A stretch of DNA of 64,000 bases from Vezdaea acicularis. Its lineage: Eukaryota. A program made the position numbers and the translations under genes. The notes beneath the pieces were generated by a model. It saw only the letters and a program-made list of their open reading frames with translations, did no database searches and was not told the origin of the DNA. Shown one piece after another: positions 47,011-61,136 of this stretch. The DNA lies in NCBI GenBank assembly GCA_026025075.1, contig JAPEUI010000028.1, forward strand, positions 62,001 through 126,000, read 5' to 3'. Positions within the stretch are counted from its first letter, which is position 1. Every line of letters starts with the position of its first letter.

Positions 47011-49133
47011 ATGGAAGACTTTTCTCTGTCTATTCGGGTGTGGCCAGATGTCAGGCCTAGCGGTGATGAGCTGCCACTTCTAATCTCAAGAATCAATGAG
47101 CAACGCGGACCGTTCAAGAACGTAACAGAGGGAAGCCTTAAGGCAGAGATTCGCTCTTTCGAGCCAGGCGATACTCCAATCACAAAACACGGAAGCGAGA
47201 AAGAAGATAGTAAGACGGGGCAAGATGATATAGCGGCTAAAAAGGAAGAGCTGCTGAAAGCTCGAGCTGAAATAGGCAAGCATGTTGCGTGAGTCGACAG
47301 GGTAACCTGTCTCTGAAGATACATTTGCTAACAAAATTTAGACAAGCTTTTCAGGATGTACACCTGGCTCTCGACTTTATCTCTCTCCTCCTCACCAAAG
47401 TCTCTCCTGTACAAGCAAACATCTCATTGAGTGACCATGTAAAACAGCACGTTCCAAGCGGTGTACTTGGTGCCGATAAGATCTCGGCACCCTATTTCTC
47501 GCCTTCTGATACAGCGAGCAATCTCAATCAGATCACGAGCGGATGGAAGCTCCAAGGGCTAAATTCTGCAGCAGATGCGCTACTCCAGTCTGCTAGCAGG
47601 CTCGAGAATGAGATCAAAAAGGAAGCCAGATACTGGGACCAGATACTACAAGTCAGCGAAGAAAAGCTAACAATCTCAAAACTGCCTAGAGAGCGACATT
47701 CTCTATGTGTTAGGTATGGGTTTTCTGAATCAACACAGGAATTCAAAGACCGTGGCACCGCCGCCCTAAGACTCGAAGAGGATGGTAACGTGCTCTTTGA
47801 CCAAGGCATAACTGCGTCGAGCCCACGTGCAGTTCGAATACGGATTGAAGAGAATGGGCAAGAGATTGGTGCTTCAGAGATACCTCTGGTTTTGAGAGAT
47901 AATACCTTAACGTCATCTCTGATATATCAAGCAAGCAACTCACTGTTCGAAGAAGAGCTGTTTTACGAGCTCGTTCGGGAGGCTCGTGGCTTGACTAGCC
48001 AGGGGATACGCATCAGAGATGGAGCTGTAGTCCTCTCGATTCCTCCAAAATTGGTTGTGATCGATCTCGTCGACCTTCCGCTTAAGCCCTCTACCTCTCG
48101 ATCTGGCTGCTCTGAATTGCCGCTGTCATCACTTGCAGAGGCCATTATAATCGCGTTACGGATCCTTCTCGCTCATGCACATACTCTAAACCTTCAAGCC
48201 CGCTCGGTTCCGCCGCCGCCTCTGAGCGAACGTAAAATCACGCGGCCGTCCTATGCACTTTTACGTCCAGTCCTCACCTACTTGAACTACTTCAGAGCCA
48301 GACTTAGCCTGAAAAGGTTCCTATCGGCGCTACTATCGCCATTTGCAGCCGCAGGCCTCGAGACTTCTCTTGACGCGTCCATTGCTTCTACGGATTTATC
48401 TTCTCATAACACGAAGGATAGATTTCTAGCGTATGCTGAAGATGATTGCATAGCACCTACTGACGTCGTTCAATCTTTCCTTGAGCCGTTGACACTCGAA
48501 GTCCTGGTATCCCTTCCCCCAAACCTTAAGGTCCGTATCAAAGCGCAGACGCAGTATTACCCACATGCGCTCGGAACATCGTATTCAGTCTCCATTTCAT
48601 CATTTCATTCCTCACGTAATTCGTCACCGTCGGCCCCTGGAACGCTTGCTCAACTCTCACAAGAGACACCTAGCTTCTCAACACTAGAAGATCTTTCTGC
48701 TTTTATGTGCCACCTTGCTGGACTCGCTCTCACAGAGGTCATCCTAAATTACTCGGCTTCTCGCCAAGCCGTGAATGGGTTGCAGGGTTCTTGGGATACG
48801 GACGAAAGTGCTCCCGGAGTCGAGGGATGGCGGGCTCTAGTAGGAGGTGGACCGATAGGCGAGCTAGAAAAGAGGTATAAGAGAAAGGGAAAGTGGAAGA
48901 AGTTGGGTGTGAAGGTGGATGTGAACAAAGCTGGAAAGGGTGCGATACGAGTATCTTGGGGTTGGCTTGCAAGTGAAAATACGGATGGAAAATCTAGACA
49001 GGTCGGGGAAGTTGAGTGGATTGGCAATGCTGGAGGAGCAGATTCAGAGAAAAGAACCTTTAAGGAAGTCATTCAGGAAGCAGGAAGATTTGAGCTTGGG
49101 TCAATAGCAGAACGAGCAGCAACAAGTATTTGA
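47011..49133 (+). CDS. SRB4: Mediator subunit 17 (Srb4), 2 exons
   Basis: LISRINEQRGPFKNVTEGSL, ALDFISLLL, GWKLQGLNSAADALL…EARYW, VRYGFSES and NSLFEEELFYELVREAR. Confidence 0.9.
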
Positions 49134-49281
49134 TGATAAGCTCGTTGGATCGCCAAGCCACTACGCCACTCGAGTTGTTGTAGTTCGACGCAAGCCATAT
49201 GAAAAAATTCGAATGCTCAGTTCCACAGTATGATAGCAGAGGTCAGACTTTCAATAAGGTCTTCCTGAGCACGGCCGGTTC

Positions 49282-51055
49282 TCAAGTCGGTTTGAATTGT
49301 TGCCAGGCTGCATCATGCTCGACTAACTCGTCAAGTAATGCTACAGTCTCAGCCGGATTTGCGATCCAAGCCGTCGTGCTAGCAAGTCTTGCTTTAAAGT
49401 CATTCGAACCAGCAGAGAGAAACTGGTCGCCAATATGTAGGGATTGGCTACCCTCAATGCCGCCAAAGAAGCGTTGACAAGAAAGAACACCCCAAGACTT
49501 ATCGCCAATGTCCACAAAAACGTCGTTCCCACCATTGAAGGCGCAGAAAGGCAAGCGTTGGCCCACAGCACTCATTTCTAGTATTTTCTGGGTTACTAAG
49601 ACTGTTTCTTCGAGCTGTTCCCTAGCAAACCTATTGCCCTCGACAGGAATGATGCCTACAGCTCTCTCTTTTCTTAGAATTTGAGCTGGTAGCCGCATAT
49701 TCTTTATGCATTCCCGAAGCGCTTCCTCTGCAAGGTTCAATAACTTCTCAATATCGCTCTCAAGCCAACCCTGCATTTCCGGTAAAAGCCAATGTTCACG
49801 AGGTATCAAATGCAGTAGTGCTGGGAATCCAGGGTGAAATTGGAAGAGATAGTTACTCTCCCCACCCAGAACAACTAGATTTCGTTTCTGGGGATATGTT
49901 AGAGCAGGTGATTTGCTCACTGCATCTAAAAGCCCATGCAATCGCTCGTAGTAGCGCTGTGCTTCGGTGTAGCCCGCGGCTGTGACGATACCAACACAGA
50001 CCCCTTTTTGTAGGAGCAAAAGTATTCTTGGAATGACAGGATTGTCATCTGTGAGAGATTCACCGTCATCATAAAGAGTCAAGTCGCCATCAAATGTTAC
50101 CAATCGAAGTGACCCTCTACGGATAAGACTGATAGCTTGCGCTGTATTGAGTGTGAGACGGATGTCATTGAAGGATGGAGCTACGAATCGGCGAGAAGTT
50201 ATAAAACGTCGTTTGTCTTGGAAGATGAAGGCGTCCTCAAGTGGGAGACGTGTGAAGAAGACACCAATGGTTGGCACAAGGAGCTTGAGTTTTGACCGAG
50301 ACTGGGTGCCGACCTTTTGGTGAGCAACTACCGAGCAAGCACAAGTAAGCTTAACATAACAATGAGAGTGTTGCTAGTAATATTAAACCTCGGGCCTTAA
50401 ACGAATGATTAAGTTGCTTAGACTAGAAAAAATGCATTTCTCGATGACCGTTTGAGGTCATATTAGAGATCCATCTATTTAGAAGCGCAGACCTTTATTG
50501 GCCGAAACACGATAGACTTACTGTGATCATCAATAAGACGTTCTACATCTCGCATAATCTCGTTATAACGTTTATGAGACACATTTGCCATCTGGGTGAT
50601 GCCTCCTCGGCGATCTTCGTAAATAGCTGTCGGCTCAGAATGAAGTACGAATGGCACCGCCAATAGACCCTACGAGAAACGTGATTAGCTTCGGCCTTGA
50701 GCTCTTCCTCACTTCAATATCTTCAGTAATATCGAAAAAGTCACCATATGATAGGAAAATAGCATCAACGGTGCAATGATGTGAGATGAAGTAAATGTTC
50801 TTTCGAAAACGCTGAAGCCATACTTTGATCCATTCTATCTACCATTTTGTTAACGTTTGCCACTACATCGGAAGGAAAAAGTCATAATATACAAGCTGAT
50901 CCCTTCGATGCGACTTATCGTTGGCGTGTCAGTAGATGCATCAACCAGGAATGACCGGAGATACGCACTTTCAGCGCATCTAAAATTTGAATTAGCGAAA
51001 CAGACCAGCAAGGGCCGTTCAGCTACCTACACTCAACACGGTAGCGAGTAGTCAT
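49282..51055 (-). CDS. ISN1: IMP-specific 5'-nucleotidase Isn1 (HAD family), 6 exons including microexons
   Basis: MTTRYRVE|YALK|SHRRDQL|IEWIK|GLLAVPFVLH…, then TFDGDLTLYDDG, VTAAGY, FNGGNDVFVDIGDKSWG and HIGDQF. Confidence 0.94.
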
Positions 51056-51550
51056 CACTGTCAGACTGGATATTAGATAGCGTAACGTGCGTAGGTTGGG
51101 TCGTACTATGATTTGCAATTTTTGAAAACTCGCGAAGTTGGACCCCTTAAGGCCCCTGGATCTGCTCAACCCCTGCCTCTCGGGAGTCTGTTCCGATACG
51201 AGATCTGGACATTTCTTGCCTACAAGTCAAGTCCAGATTTTCGTGTTTCCAGATGTTCTTGCTTGAACAAAATGTCTTGATGGTTGCGGAAGGCTTTCGG
51301 GTTTCACTGCAGAACGGGGTCGAGTGGAAGTGCGGGGTTCGCCAGTGATCCTCAAGGGCTCCTGAGCGTGAAAAGTGGGGCAAGTGTTCTAGGCACTCCT
51401 AAGTTTGGGGGCTCTTTGCCATACGGTTTAGGAGACCGCAGATGCCTTAATATTTGTCAAGTACAGCTGTAGTCAGAGCAGGCTAGTGTTATTTGCCGCT
51501 TTGAATAATCTCATATAATATCCCTGCTAATACATTGCAATGATGAAATT

Positions 51551-54500
51551 TTACAAGAATGCACACCACCCAACATACATGGCAGCAAGGTTCTTAAGGG
51601 AAGTGGCCTGCTGAATAAGCTCCTGAACATGACCCTCAATAGACAAAGGGACAGCTTCGCCACGTAGTAATCCGCTCACTTTTCCCCTGACTACATCGAG
51701 CACCTCTTGCGGAGTATTTGCATCTGACGAGGTGACCTTTCTTTTCCTCCCGATGAAATCTGTCGTTGGATCGTACACGAAAGTCTCCAAGATAGTCATA
51801 AGTGTGTCTTCGTTTTGTCGTAATATGCCAAGCGTAAGCTCGCATGACTTGCGGAATGGACCTGCACACACGTCAGAAATCGAGCGCAGTAGCTTTGATC
51901 GGATGAGTTCAGGCGTACCCTCTGTACCATACACTCCGAACGCATCAACCATATTATGAGTGAGCCGAAATGGGACCTTTTCTGGTTTATCGAAGGTCAA
52001 GCCCTGATTGTCCTTAGTGACGTCGTGAGAAGAATACTTTCTCTACTTACCTTATCAAAGAGGCAATTGAAGTCCACATGGAAGGTGCCACCGTTACCTT
52101 CCTCGAAGAGAATATTCTCTCCGTGTCGATCTCCAAGCCTGTGTACTGTTAGCTTGACATAGCATAGCTATGGTCAGTTGAAGTTTACCCAAGGACCATC
52201 CCCACCATCGACATAACAGCGCAGGAACGGGTATATCTTAGACGAGCGTTGAACCAGGCGCTCGGATCTGGAAACATCTCCACGAACCATTCGTGGAAAA
52301 CTGGAGGAAAGCTGTCGTCCTTCAGCATACATATATCTAGTAACTTTAGTCACGACCTACTTATTCAAGACTTTTGTTTCGTATTGCGGGAGCTTTGACT
52401 CGTCGTGGAAAATCTCATCAAGTGTCACTCGAATATCAGAGAACTATCTGAGTCAGCTCAAACTTGATCGGTGGAATTCTAGCTGCCCTACATTTGGATA
52501 GACCCCTTTAGAACGGTACAACTTCAAGAGGATCTCTCGTAAGGCCTTGAGATTATCCACCCACTCGATGACACCGCATAGTTCATTTAGCGGGGTGACA
52601 GCATATGTCTTTATATCTGCTCTAAGGTTAGCGCTTGTTGCTCAAGCTCGTAGTCATAAGCTCAATATATATATGAGAACCGACATAAACGACGCTGGCT
52701 TGTTTCTATATCTCGCTTCAGCGATCTGTTGATCATTGCATTAAATTCCATAAGCCTTTGATCTTTTCGCAAGTCATCTTTAGGTTTGCATAATAAGCCA
52801 TAGACCTTGCCGTCAGAACCTCTCACAGATATCTTTTTGGGTCGTATAAGCGAGTTCAGGACGAGAACATCGTCAAGGAAACCTACATCTATGAGCAAGG
52901 GCAACAACAATCACAAGAATGCTCACTAGACACGGTTATAGTATCCCTTGAAAAAGCTTTGTGGCTCTTCATAGCATCTGTCACAGTGGGTAGACTCGCC
53001 GTTAGGCTCTGTTCTAAAGGCACAACCAAGGGGCATGGGGCAACTTTGTGATTGAAACCCAGATCTCGACCTAAGCTCACAGCATTAATTCTTGGAGGAA
53101 CTTCGCCATCGCAAACCTGTATCAGTTGCTCCGATAGCTTCTGACCATGAAGAATCAGCGTTTTCAGATCGAGAGCACTATCAGCCTTAGTGCGCTTCTT
53201 CGTTCCCTAGTCTTCCAATCAGCTTGACCGTATGTAGCGGGGCTAAGGGAGAGTGACTCTCAGCTGACTTAAACAGGTCCCCCCCCTCGCAGACCTTTCC
53301 GAGGTAGATGACTTAGCGACAGCTAATAGCGTCCACATCGCTTGCTGGGGATGTGTTGCTACGACCTTGACAATCATTTGCTGTAAGTAACCTAGAACCT
53401 CAGCATGAGGATGGCAGATCCGCGCTACAATCTGCGAGAACGCAGTGTAAAACTTAAAATCCTATCAGCTAGTTCTAGGAGAAGCATATATTTCATGACA
53501 AACCACAAATGCTGGTAGCCTTTCAATGTATTTTCTCAGTTGCGTATGTACATGCTCAAGGGTCTGCTGCCTGTAAATTGAAACTCGTTTCCTAAACTCT
53601 CTGGCCTAGTGTGTTAGTAAGATTAAAGCTATTCGAGAGTACTCGATATGTACTCACGGTCCTAATCCGCATTTTTGGTCGATTGGTTTGTCCACGTCAG
53701 AAGCCAGGTCAAGCCACAGGGTTAGAAGCTTTGGGAGGGTTTGAAATATGTATTTGGTACCATAGCCAAGCGACCTGAGATAATTTTGCACGACTAATTT
53801 AGCTGTTTCTCCGACGAGGCTGCCTGAAGTCAGTTTTGCGCTGTAGAAAGATGAGGTTGTACCATACAAGGATTGCGACTGTTTTTGAGGAGGCTGAGCT
53901 TTCTCCGATTCTAGGAGCTTATTGTAATGTTTCCCCAAGTAGTAGTGTCCTTTTTCCCACCTAACATGGGCATTTGCTGCTTTTTGATACCTGTTGATTA
54001 TGCTATGAGACTGGGAATGCCCTGCAGTATCAAGCCATTTTGCAAGCAGCAAATGAGCCTGCGGAATGACTATTAGTATTCACATAGCATTACTTGCGCG
54101 GATACCTTACCCTTGCAGTGAGTAGATTCTGTCGCTCAGACATCGCAATTGCTTCATTTCCCGCTAAGCTTCCCACGGGTTCAGCATCGTGAAGCCTAAA
54201 GGCGTTCGCAGCGATAGCGCCCTCCAAGCTTTGGATTGCTTTGCGATGATGGCCCTCTTGCCAAAGCAGTCGAGAATGCTCGATGGTAGCCGATTCCGCT
54301 CCAAGTCGGGACGCATGAAGAACTGCATTGAAGGACTGATGGGTGTATTTGGCCTTTCTTGCAAGCTTGGCGCTTGTCAACCAAACGGAACCAACGTCTA
54401 CGTTGGTGAATTCAAGCCTGGCGACATTAACATTGGCATAGGTAACGAGCTTATTGGAGGCCTAACCTTGAAAGTTGCATAGTAGCTTTTCTAAGTCCTA

Positions 54501-57500
54501 AGAGGTATTGCTTATCAGATAAGAAGGCCCCTAGGACATCCAACCGTCGATCCAGTATCTGTAGGAGGGTAGCTTTTCCCAATTGGTTTTGTTGGGTTAC
54601 CCCACTGAGGGCCTCGATCTCAGTCAAAGCATGTAGCTTTAGCATGGAATCATGGCAGGCTCGAAGAGAAGTAGTCGAAGCGGTCGATAAGGTCGCCGCT
54701 ACGTTCCCTCTGACCTCCTGAAGCACCGCCTCAAAGTCAGACCACCGCTTTAGATGCAATGCAAGTAGTGCTCGACCAATGTCAACATTGAAGCTGCCAT
54801 TGAGTTTACCCGAAGAACGACTCAGATACCTTTCTAGCGTGTCCCACTTGCCAGTGACCCAAGATGCTTCAATTGCGAAGGGAAGCGCATGAGGGGCCGT
54901 ATCCTGCACTTGGAACATGCTCTCGACATGACTTAGAAGTACGTCTTGTGTTATCGTTAGCATGAGAGCACAGTCAGGCTGTAATGGAATCCCTCACCAT
55001 GCTGGCCTGACTCTTTAAGGCAGGTGAGGAGGTTTACTTGAACTTCTACGTCATTGGGTCGTTCCGCCAGTAGCAGTTCATACCAGCTCTGAGCTGCTGT
55101 CCATCGGCCGGTCTTCCTATGCTCGAGAATTTGCTGGTCAATGTTCAGGATATGCAAATGAGAGGATATACCCTCGATGCCATCCGGCTCATCAATCTGG
55201 GTATAAATATCTTGAAGTCTTTCGTAGAGGGGTTCTAATTGAGCCTCTCGCTCAAATCCAGCGTGTTTCTCTCGTACTTCTCGGATATATTGCTCCCAAT
55301 GGAACAGTGCTCTCTCATAAGACCTGCACTCTACTGCACGCTGGGCAATTATCCTGGCCGGTATGGCAGACAGAACTTGTTGGACTTGGCTAACTTGGAG
55401 CATCGCTGGCGCATCTTCAGCTACTGACTCCTCTCGCTTTCTCGCTTCTTGCTTTTTCTTTTCGAGAATCCATCGTGATAAGTAATCGAGCACTTGAAAT
55501 ACAGTCTATAGCTTGTTAGTCGCTCGGAAACTGGCCAGATAGAGCCGTAAGACCTCACCTCACTGCAGAGTCTGAGTGTCTTGCTCTCAGTATGAGATGC
55601 TTGATTTGTCTGACAGCTCACAACTGTTAAAATTTCACTAATTATTTCGTTCCTGTGCGGTTCATGACCGCCCAGTATGACGTTCAGAATTACGAAAGGG
55701 AGTAAGAAATTCGCAATCGTCGTTTCCTGGGGACGGGCAACTCGCGAAATGACAGGAAATAGCCTCTCTGCGTTCACTCCAACGCCTTTCTCAAATAAGT
55801 CAATGATGAATGCCTGCAACCATGTGGCGTGACTGATGGCAGACGAAAAAATAGGATACTTGCACCTTGGTGGGGGAGCTCTCCTGGTTACCGTATATCT
55901 AGAACTGAGGAATGGTGTCAATGTGCTCCTGATTGTCTCCGGCAGCGCTATCCACCGCCGGTAAGTTTTATTGGATTGTGTGTCGCAGCCGCTTAGAGTA
56001 CTCGCGTTATTCATGTCACAGAATTTGAGAAGTTCCTGCATGCCGAAGGCATAGAATCCCTGGGCTCTAACACTCGTCGCTGCGAGGAATGCCTTCACCA
56101 GGTAATCTTCAAGGAATATTAGAATGAACCCAACAGTCTCTTCGGCAGCCTCGAAGTTATTAAGCACAATGATGTCACGTCGCTCGTGCACTGCTTCAAT
56201 TCGGTTTGGGTCTAGGCAACCAATCAATCCAAGACAGCGAGCGCTCAGCTCTAGAATCTCTGATCGAGAAGAACTCAGCCTAACGCAAGCGTCAAGGATT
56301 GCACGGGTCAAGTCTGCCACTACCTGGTCTGGTTGCTCGCTCATTGCACAATCGTGCAAGAATGACTGGTGCTGGACCAGATAGAGGACAAGCTCGCTCA
56401 ATGCCTGACTGACTACCGTTGCGTTCTCATGCTGACATCGATCCTTGTATGCTAGGAATCGTTGTCTTGCATCTGCTTGCGCTCTGATCTTCATTAATTG
56501 GGCTTCAAATTTAGAGAGGAGCTGTATGCCAGAAAGTGATGGTAGGGACAGCACAGATTTCTCAATAGCTGCGCCATACTGCTTGAAAAGGTAGCTTGTC
56601 ATGTCGTGGGCCTTCTCTTGACTGTCTGGTTCAAGGACAGACCAGTATTGCACGATGATAGAGAATGTGCTATCAATCAAAGTTTCAACATCGTCTTCTG
56701 CTAGAGAAGTCATCATTGTCGCCCATGCAGCAAAAGCGGTATTGCGCAAGGCATCGACGTCTAACGCGGCTTGAAGACACGCGCAAACCTAATCTTATCA
56801 GTGATGTAGGCGTTCACTGACAAAGGTTTCATACCTGTGGTAAAGCATTGGCGATGTGTCTCTTCGCAACCTTCACCATTTCGCCGATTCCCCTAAGACA
56901 CCTAATCTTTTCAGAATTTGGTTGAGGAGGCTCTTGATCGCTGAATATCGCGTGGAAGTATGCAGTAATGCCAAGAACATGCACATCGAAGAATTGACCG
57001 AGTGAGTTATTCTTTTTTCCTTTTGGCTTTGCTTGTCCATGGTTTTGGGCGATGTTGGCCAGTAACTGCAAACTTTGATGTATCTATGCGCGATGTTAGC
57101 GGCGTTGATTCCCCAAACCGAGTAAGCGTAAGGTTCATACTTTGGCTTTTCTCCGATCGTCTGCTTCTCCAGCCATCTTGAGAAGCTCGAATGCGATTAA
57201 ACCTGGCGGGCCCTTCACAAAGTCTTCCAGGCTTGATAGATCCCTGAATCCAGGAGCAGTGTCGTGCAGGAGCTTCACAGTCGCGTCTTCAATGTCTGCA
57301 TGTTGCTGTGTCAATAACAATGCAAGAATAGCCGCAAAATTTTCTGGCTCGTAGCAGATACTCCAGACCGTACTTCCACATGCTTGTGCGATTTTCTGAA
57401 GCACATCTTGTCTCCTAGTCAGCACCAGATAAGGCAGAGTATAGGCTTGCGTCATGACTAGGAGCTCCGAGATCTCAATACCCATGAGATCACAGATTGT

Positions 57501-60134
57501 CTGAGCGGTTTGTGGACGGTTATGGAGATCTTTCACCACGGCGACTGCGATGGTCCGCCAGTAAGGCTCCAGGAGTTCTTTTGTGCTAACATTGAACGCC
57601 TTTGCGAGCTTCAACAGCTAACAACTGTCAATGGTCGCTCGCAATTTTCGATCTAACATACTCACTTCGTCATATGCAACACTTTTGATGAAAGGGTTCT
57701 CGTGACCAAGGTATTCGACCATTCGTAGGAGTGCGATATTGAGTTCGGCCCCTGTATTGACCCTGACATGCTTAGTACATATTGAGCTTCGGGGAGTGGA
57801 TAAAGGTACCGAGATAGCTGCCCCCAAGCCATTATACATGTCTCTTGAAAGCCTATTTTTTTCTGATCCGATGCGTGGCGAAGAAAATCAAGGGCAAAGA
57901 CTTTGTTGCGATGAAGCAATGTCCCTTCAAGGGCAGTTCGGAGGAAAGATGGAATAGTACGTCTATGTGTCATTAGACTGGGCACCTTTAGACTGGATCA
58001 CAACTTACCCCGCCGCAATGCGAAGCTCCCTTACCGTACTGCAAAGTGACTGCAAGCACCACTGAGCGATAGGAGAGTGTTCGAGTTCCAAATAAGTTGC
58101 GCGGTCCGTGTGATTTATGAGCCTGCGGGATGCTTCCATAGCCCAGACCCTAGGCCTTGTCGATGACTGAAATTCGAGGTCTCCTATGAGGTTTGAAAGT
58201 GTCGCAAACAGCTCTTCAGAATCGTCATCCAGCCATAAGGCAACTTGCTCTTGGCAAGGAGTTTCAGCATCGCATATGGAGCATTGAATATTCATAATGT
58301 TGCCATCATTGTCCCGATAGACCTGCAAAGATCTTGCACCTGTACATGTCACGTAACCGAACCACCTCAGGGCAAGGCACCGATCATCCTCAGAAAGCCT
58401 TGCGAAGCAGCCCCTAAGGAGATTCAGTAATCTAACATTTGCTTCACAAGTGGGAACTAACGTCGCTACGTCACGTAGACCTCCAAGATCCGTTGCAACT
58501 TGATCACCTAGCAATTTGAAAACCTTCGATGTTATCTCCTTGTATGGACTAGACACCTGTATATGAGGTTTCCCGGCTGATATCCGCCGTCTCTTGGTTG
58601 CTCGCTCGCCATTCGAACTATGATCCATACCGCTCACCAGCTGAAGATTGCGAAATCTGCTAGGTAAGACACTCTCGTTTGGCTGAGGGTCAAAGGCTAA
58701 TTGAGTTAATAACATCTTGGAGTGTGGTGCGAAAGCTTGTATAAAGGTAGTGCAGCAAGCCTGTTTTTGCTTAGCCAGTTTTACCATGCATTTTGGATTG
58801 TAATTTACCCGTAATCGTTGTTGTACGAATGCATCAAGATTAACAGCCTCGAAGGCTATCAGCAGTGCGGGAAGAAGAATATCTGAAGCGTTGTGCGCGG
58901 CTACTTCTGAAGCACTTGCAGCGTCCATAATAGTTAAAAGTGCTTCGGATATCTCTTCCTGCCAAGCTTGGTCGGTATCAGACAGAGATCGAACTTTATT
59001 GGCGACCTGTTTCATCAATAGCATCGACGCCCTGGAAGTTGAGACTGCGCGGACGTGGTTATTGAGTAGGTAAGAGGTTAAAATTCGAGTAATGCGAAGT
59101 AAGAGGAAGCTTAGATCGCCATTATCTAGAGGATTTACGCTAATAGTTTCCTCGTTCCGCAGAAAAAGCCATGCCTCTGAAATGTAATCAAGCGGCCACA
59201 TGATGTCATGTTGAGAAGGATGAGGAGAAAATCCGGCACTTTGCCCTGATACAAATGTAACAACAGAAAAGAGTAGATTTGTTGCCAGTAGCAAAGCCTC
59301 TAAGCTGGTTCTTACCAGTACTTGATTTCCCTCAGCTTGAAAACTGGTAGCATGGTTGTTGGGTAAAGTCTCAGTCAAGAGACCCTCAGATGGAACAAGC
59401 CGTATTGGCAGCTTTTCTGCCTGCAGCTCTGCTTCTCTTGAGCACTTTAGATGGAATAACAACTCTATCCGCCAGGATCAGTAAGTGAGAAAGACTCGGG
59501 TTCAAAAGGAAGCATGCGTACCCTGTACGCATGCTTTCATGTACTTGAGGACCGTTGAGGAATGTTCCCAAAGAACCTCTGAGGATCGTGACACTCGAAG
59601 AAATGTAGCAAACAGCATTGTCAACGAGCTTCTTAGGAAAGAGGCATTTTGATGGCTCACAAGCTTTAATATTCTTGGTAGTAGCCATATATAAAGCGGC
59701 GGTGGAGAACGACCCATACTATCTGGAGCACTTTTGGGCTGATAGAATAGAACGGCGGGAGTCTTTTCTACAATGAGACGTATCACGGAAACGCTATTTC
59801 CGGCTTGATGGAGCATGGGATCCAAGTCCGTGAAGGGATCGTCGCGTAACAAGACGTCTAGGCCGGCCATGGTCACGACGCGAACCAGCTTGTAATTCAC
59901 CTCAATGTCCTTTTCAATTGATCCATAATCGGTTGAATCTCCATCGTTGTTGTCGAGGATTTCGGTAAGCAGTTCCTCAAAACTTTTGCGGTCTTCTAAA
60001 TTTGGAGGACCATTTGTAATAGAGATATTGTTGACGAGCTGGGCTGCCGCAGAAGACGAAGGTGGATCTTCGTTAGATTTTGGTAGCGTTTTAAAGGTAT
60101 GCAGATGCTTGTGGATCCCCCGATCTGGCGCCAT
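51551..60134 (-). CDS. MEC1: ATR checkpoint kinase (Mec1/Rad3/UvsB), many exons
   Basis: UME/FAT region ([20 protein letters not shown]), PI3K-like kinase domain ([28 protein letters not shown]) and FATC end [12 protein letters not shown]. Confidence 0.95.
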
Positions 60135-60201
60135 CTTGTGAATCCAGAGATGATATCAGTGTTGCGCTTGAGAATTCCATCCGAGGGATTCTTATTAAGA
60201 C

Positions 60202-60218
60202 ACGCGACGAACACGCGA
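60202..60218. promoter_or_regulatory. MCB-like ACGCGA pair in the ATR/TAD2 divergent promoter
   Basis: ACGCGA at 60202 and 60213, about 70-85 bp upstream of the ATR ATG. Confidence 0.45.
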
Positions 60219-60332
60219 TCACGTGCGTTGAACGCTTTCACATATGCCTTTGTACGCTATGAGGTCAACTATCTACCGGCTTTTGACTCAAGTGCTATAG
60301 AAAGAATCTTCAGAATTAAAGAAGTATGCCTG

Positions 60333-61080
60333 ATGGCAGCTGAAGAGAGTACCGAGTTGCATCATGCTTTTATGCGGGAAGCTCTAGCTATGGTTGCTAC
60401 CTGTTGTTTCTCGAACGTTGATCCGAACGCTAACAAGATTTCAGGCACAGCTAGCCTTGAAGAGTAGCGAAACGCCTGTAGGATGTGTTTTTGTCCGTGA
60501 GGAGAAGATAATAGCTCGTGGGATGAATGAAACAAATAGATCTCTTAACGTTCGCTCCATGGCCCCTGACACGAGACCGATCCATACTAACTGCGTGGGG
60601 GTTCTAGGGCACAAGACACGCTGAATTTGTGGCGCTCGAGAAAATATTGAAGTCATATCCTACATCAGTGCTCTCGGAGACTAATGTCTACGTAACAGTT
60701 GAGCCATGCGTGATGTGTGCATCTGCTCTCCGACAATATCAAGTTCGAAAGGTCTTCTATGGATGTATTAATAAGCGATTTGGGGGTAACGGGGGTGTCT
60801 TCTCAATTCACTCTGAGTGTGTTACATACTCTTGATTGCAAGAAAACAGACTGACTGCCCTCATTTAGCCCAGGATCTGACCTTCCTTATCCTGTCCATG
60901 GTGGGATCTACCGAGATGAAGCCATCTTGCTACTAAGAGAGTTCTATTTACAAGAGAATGGGAACGGTTAGTTGTGAAATGGTGTCCTGCTGCGCTCTTG
61001 CTAACGACTTAGCTCCCGAGCCGCGCTCCAAGAAGAATCGGGAACTTAACATCGAGATGCCCCCATTGATAGGACATTGA
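60333..61080 (+). CDS. TAD2: tRNA adenosine-34 deaminase catalytic subunit Tad2, 5 exons
   Basis: FMREALAMA…ETPVGCVFV…N|GTRHAEF…VTVEPCVMCASAL…RFGGNG (zinc motifs HAE and PCxxC). Confidence 0.92.
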
Positions 61081-61136
61081 ATGAGACTTAACTCTGTACG
61101 ATTTTCTGTTAGAACAGAGGCTTCCAGGATTGCAAG

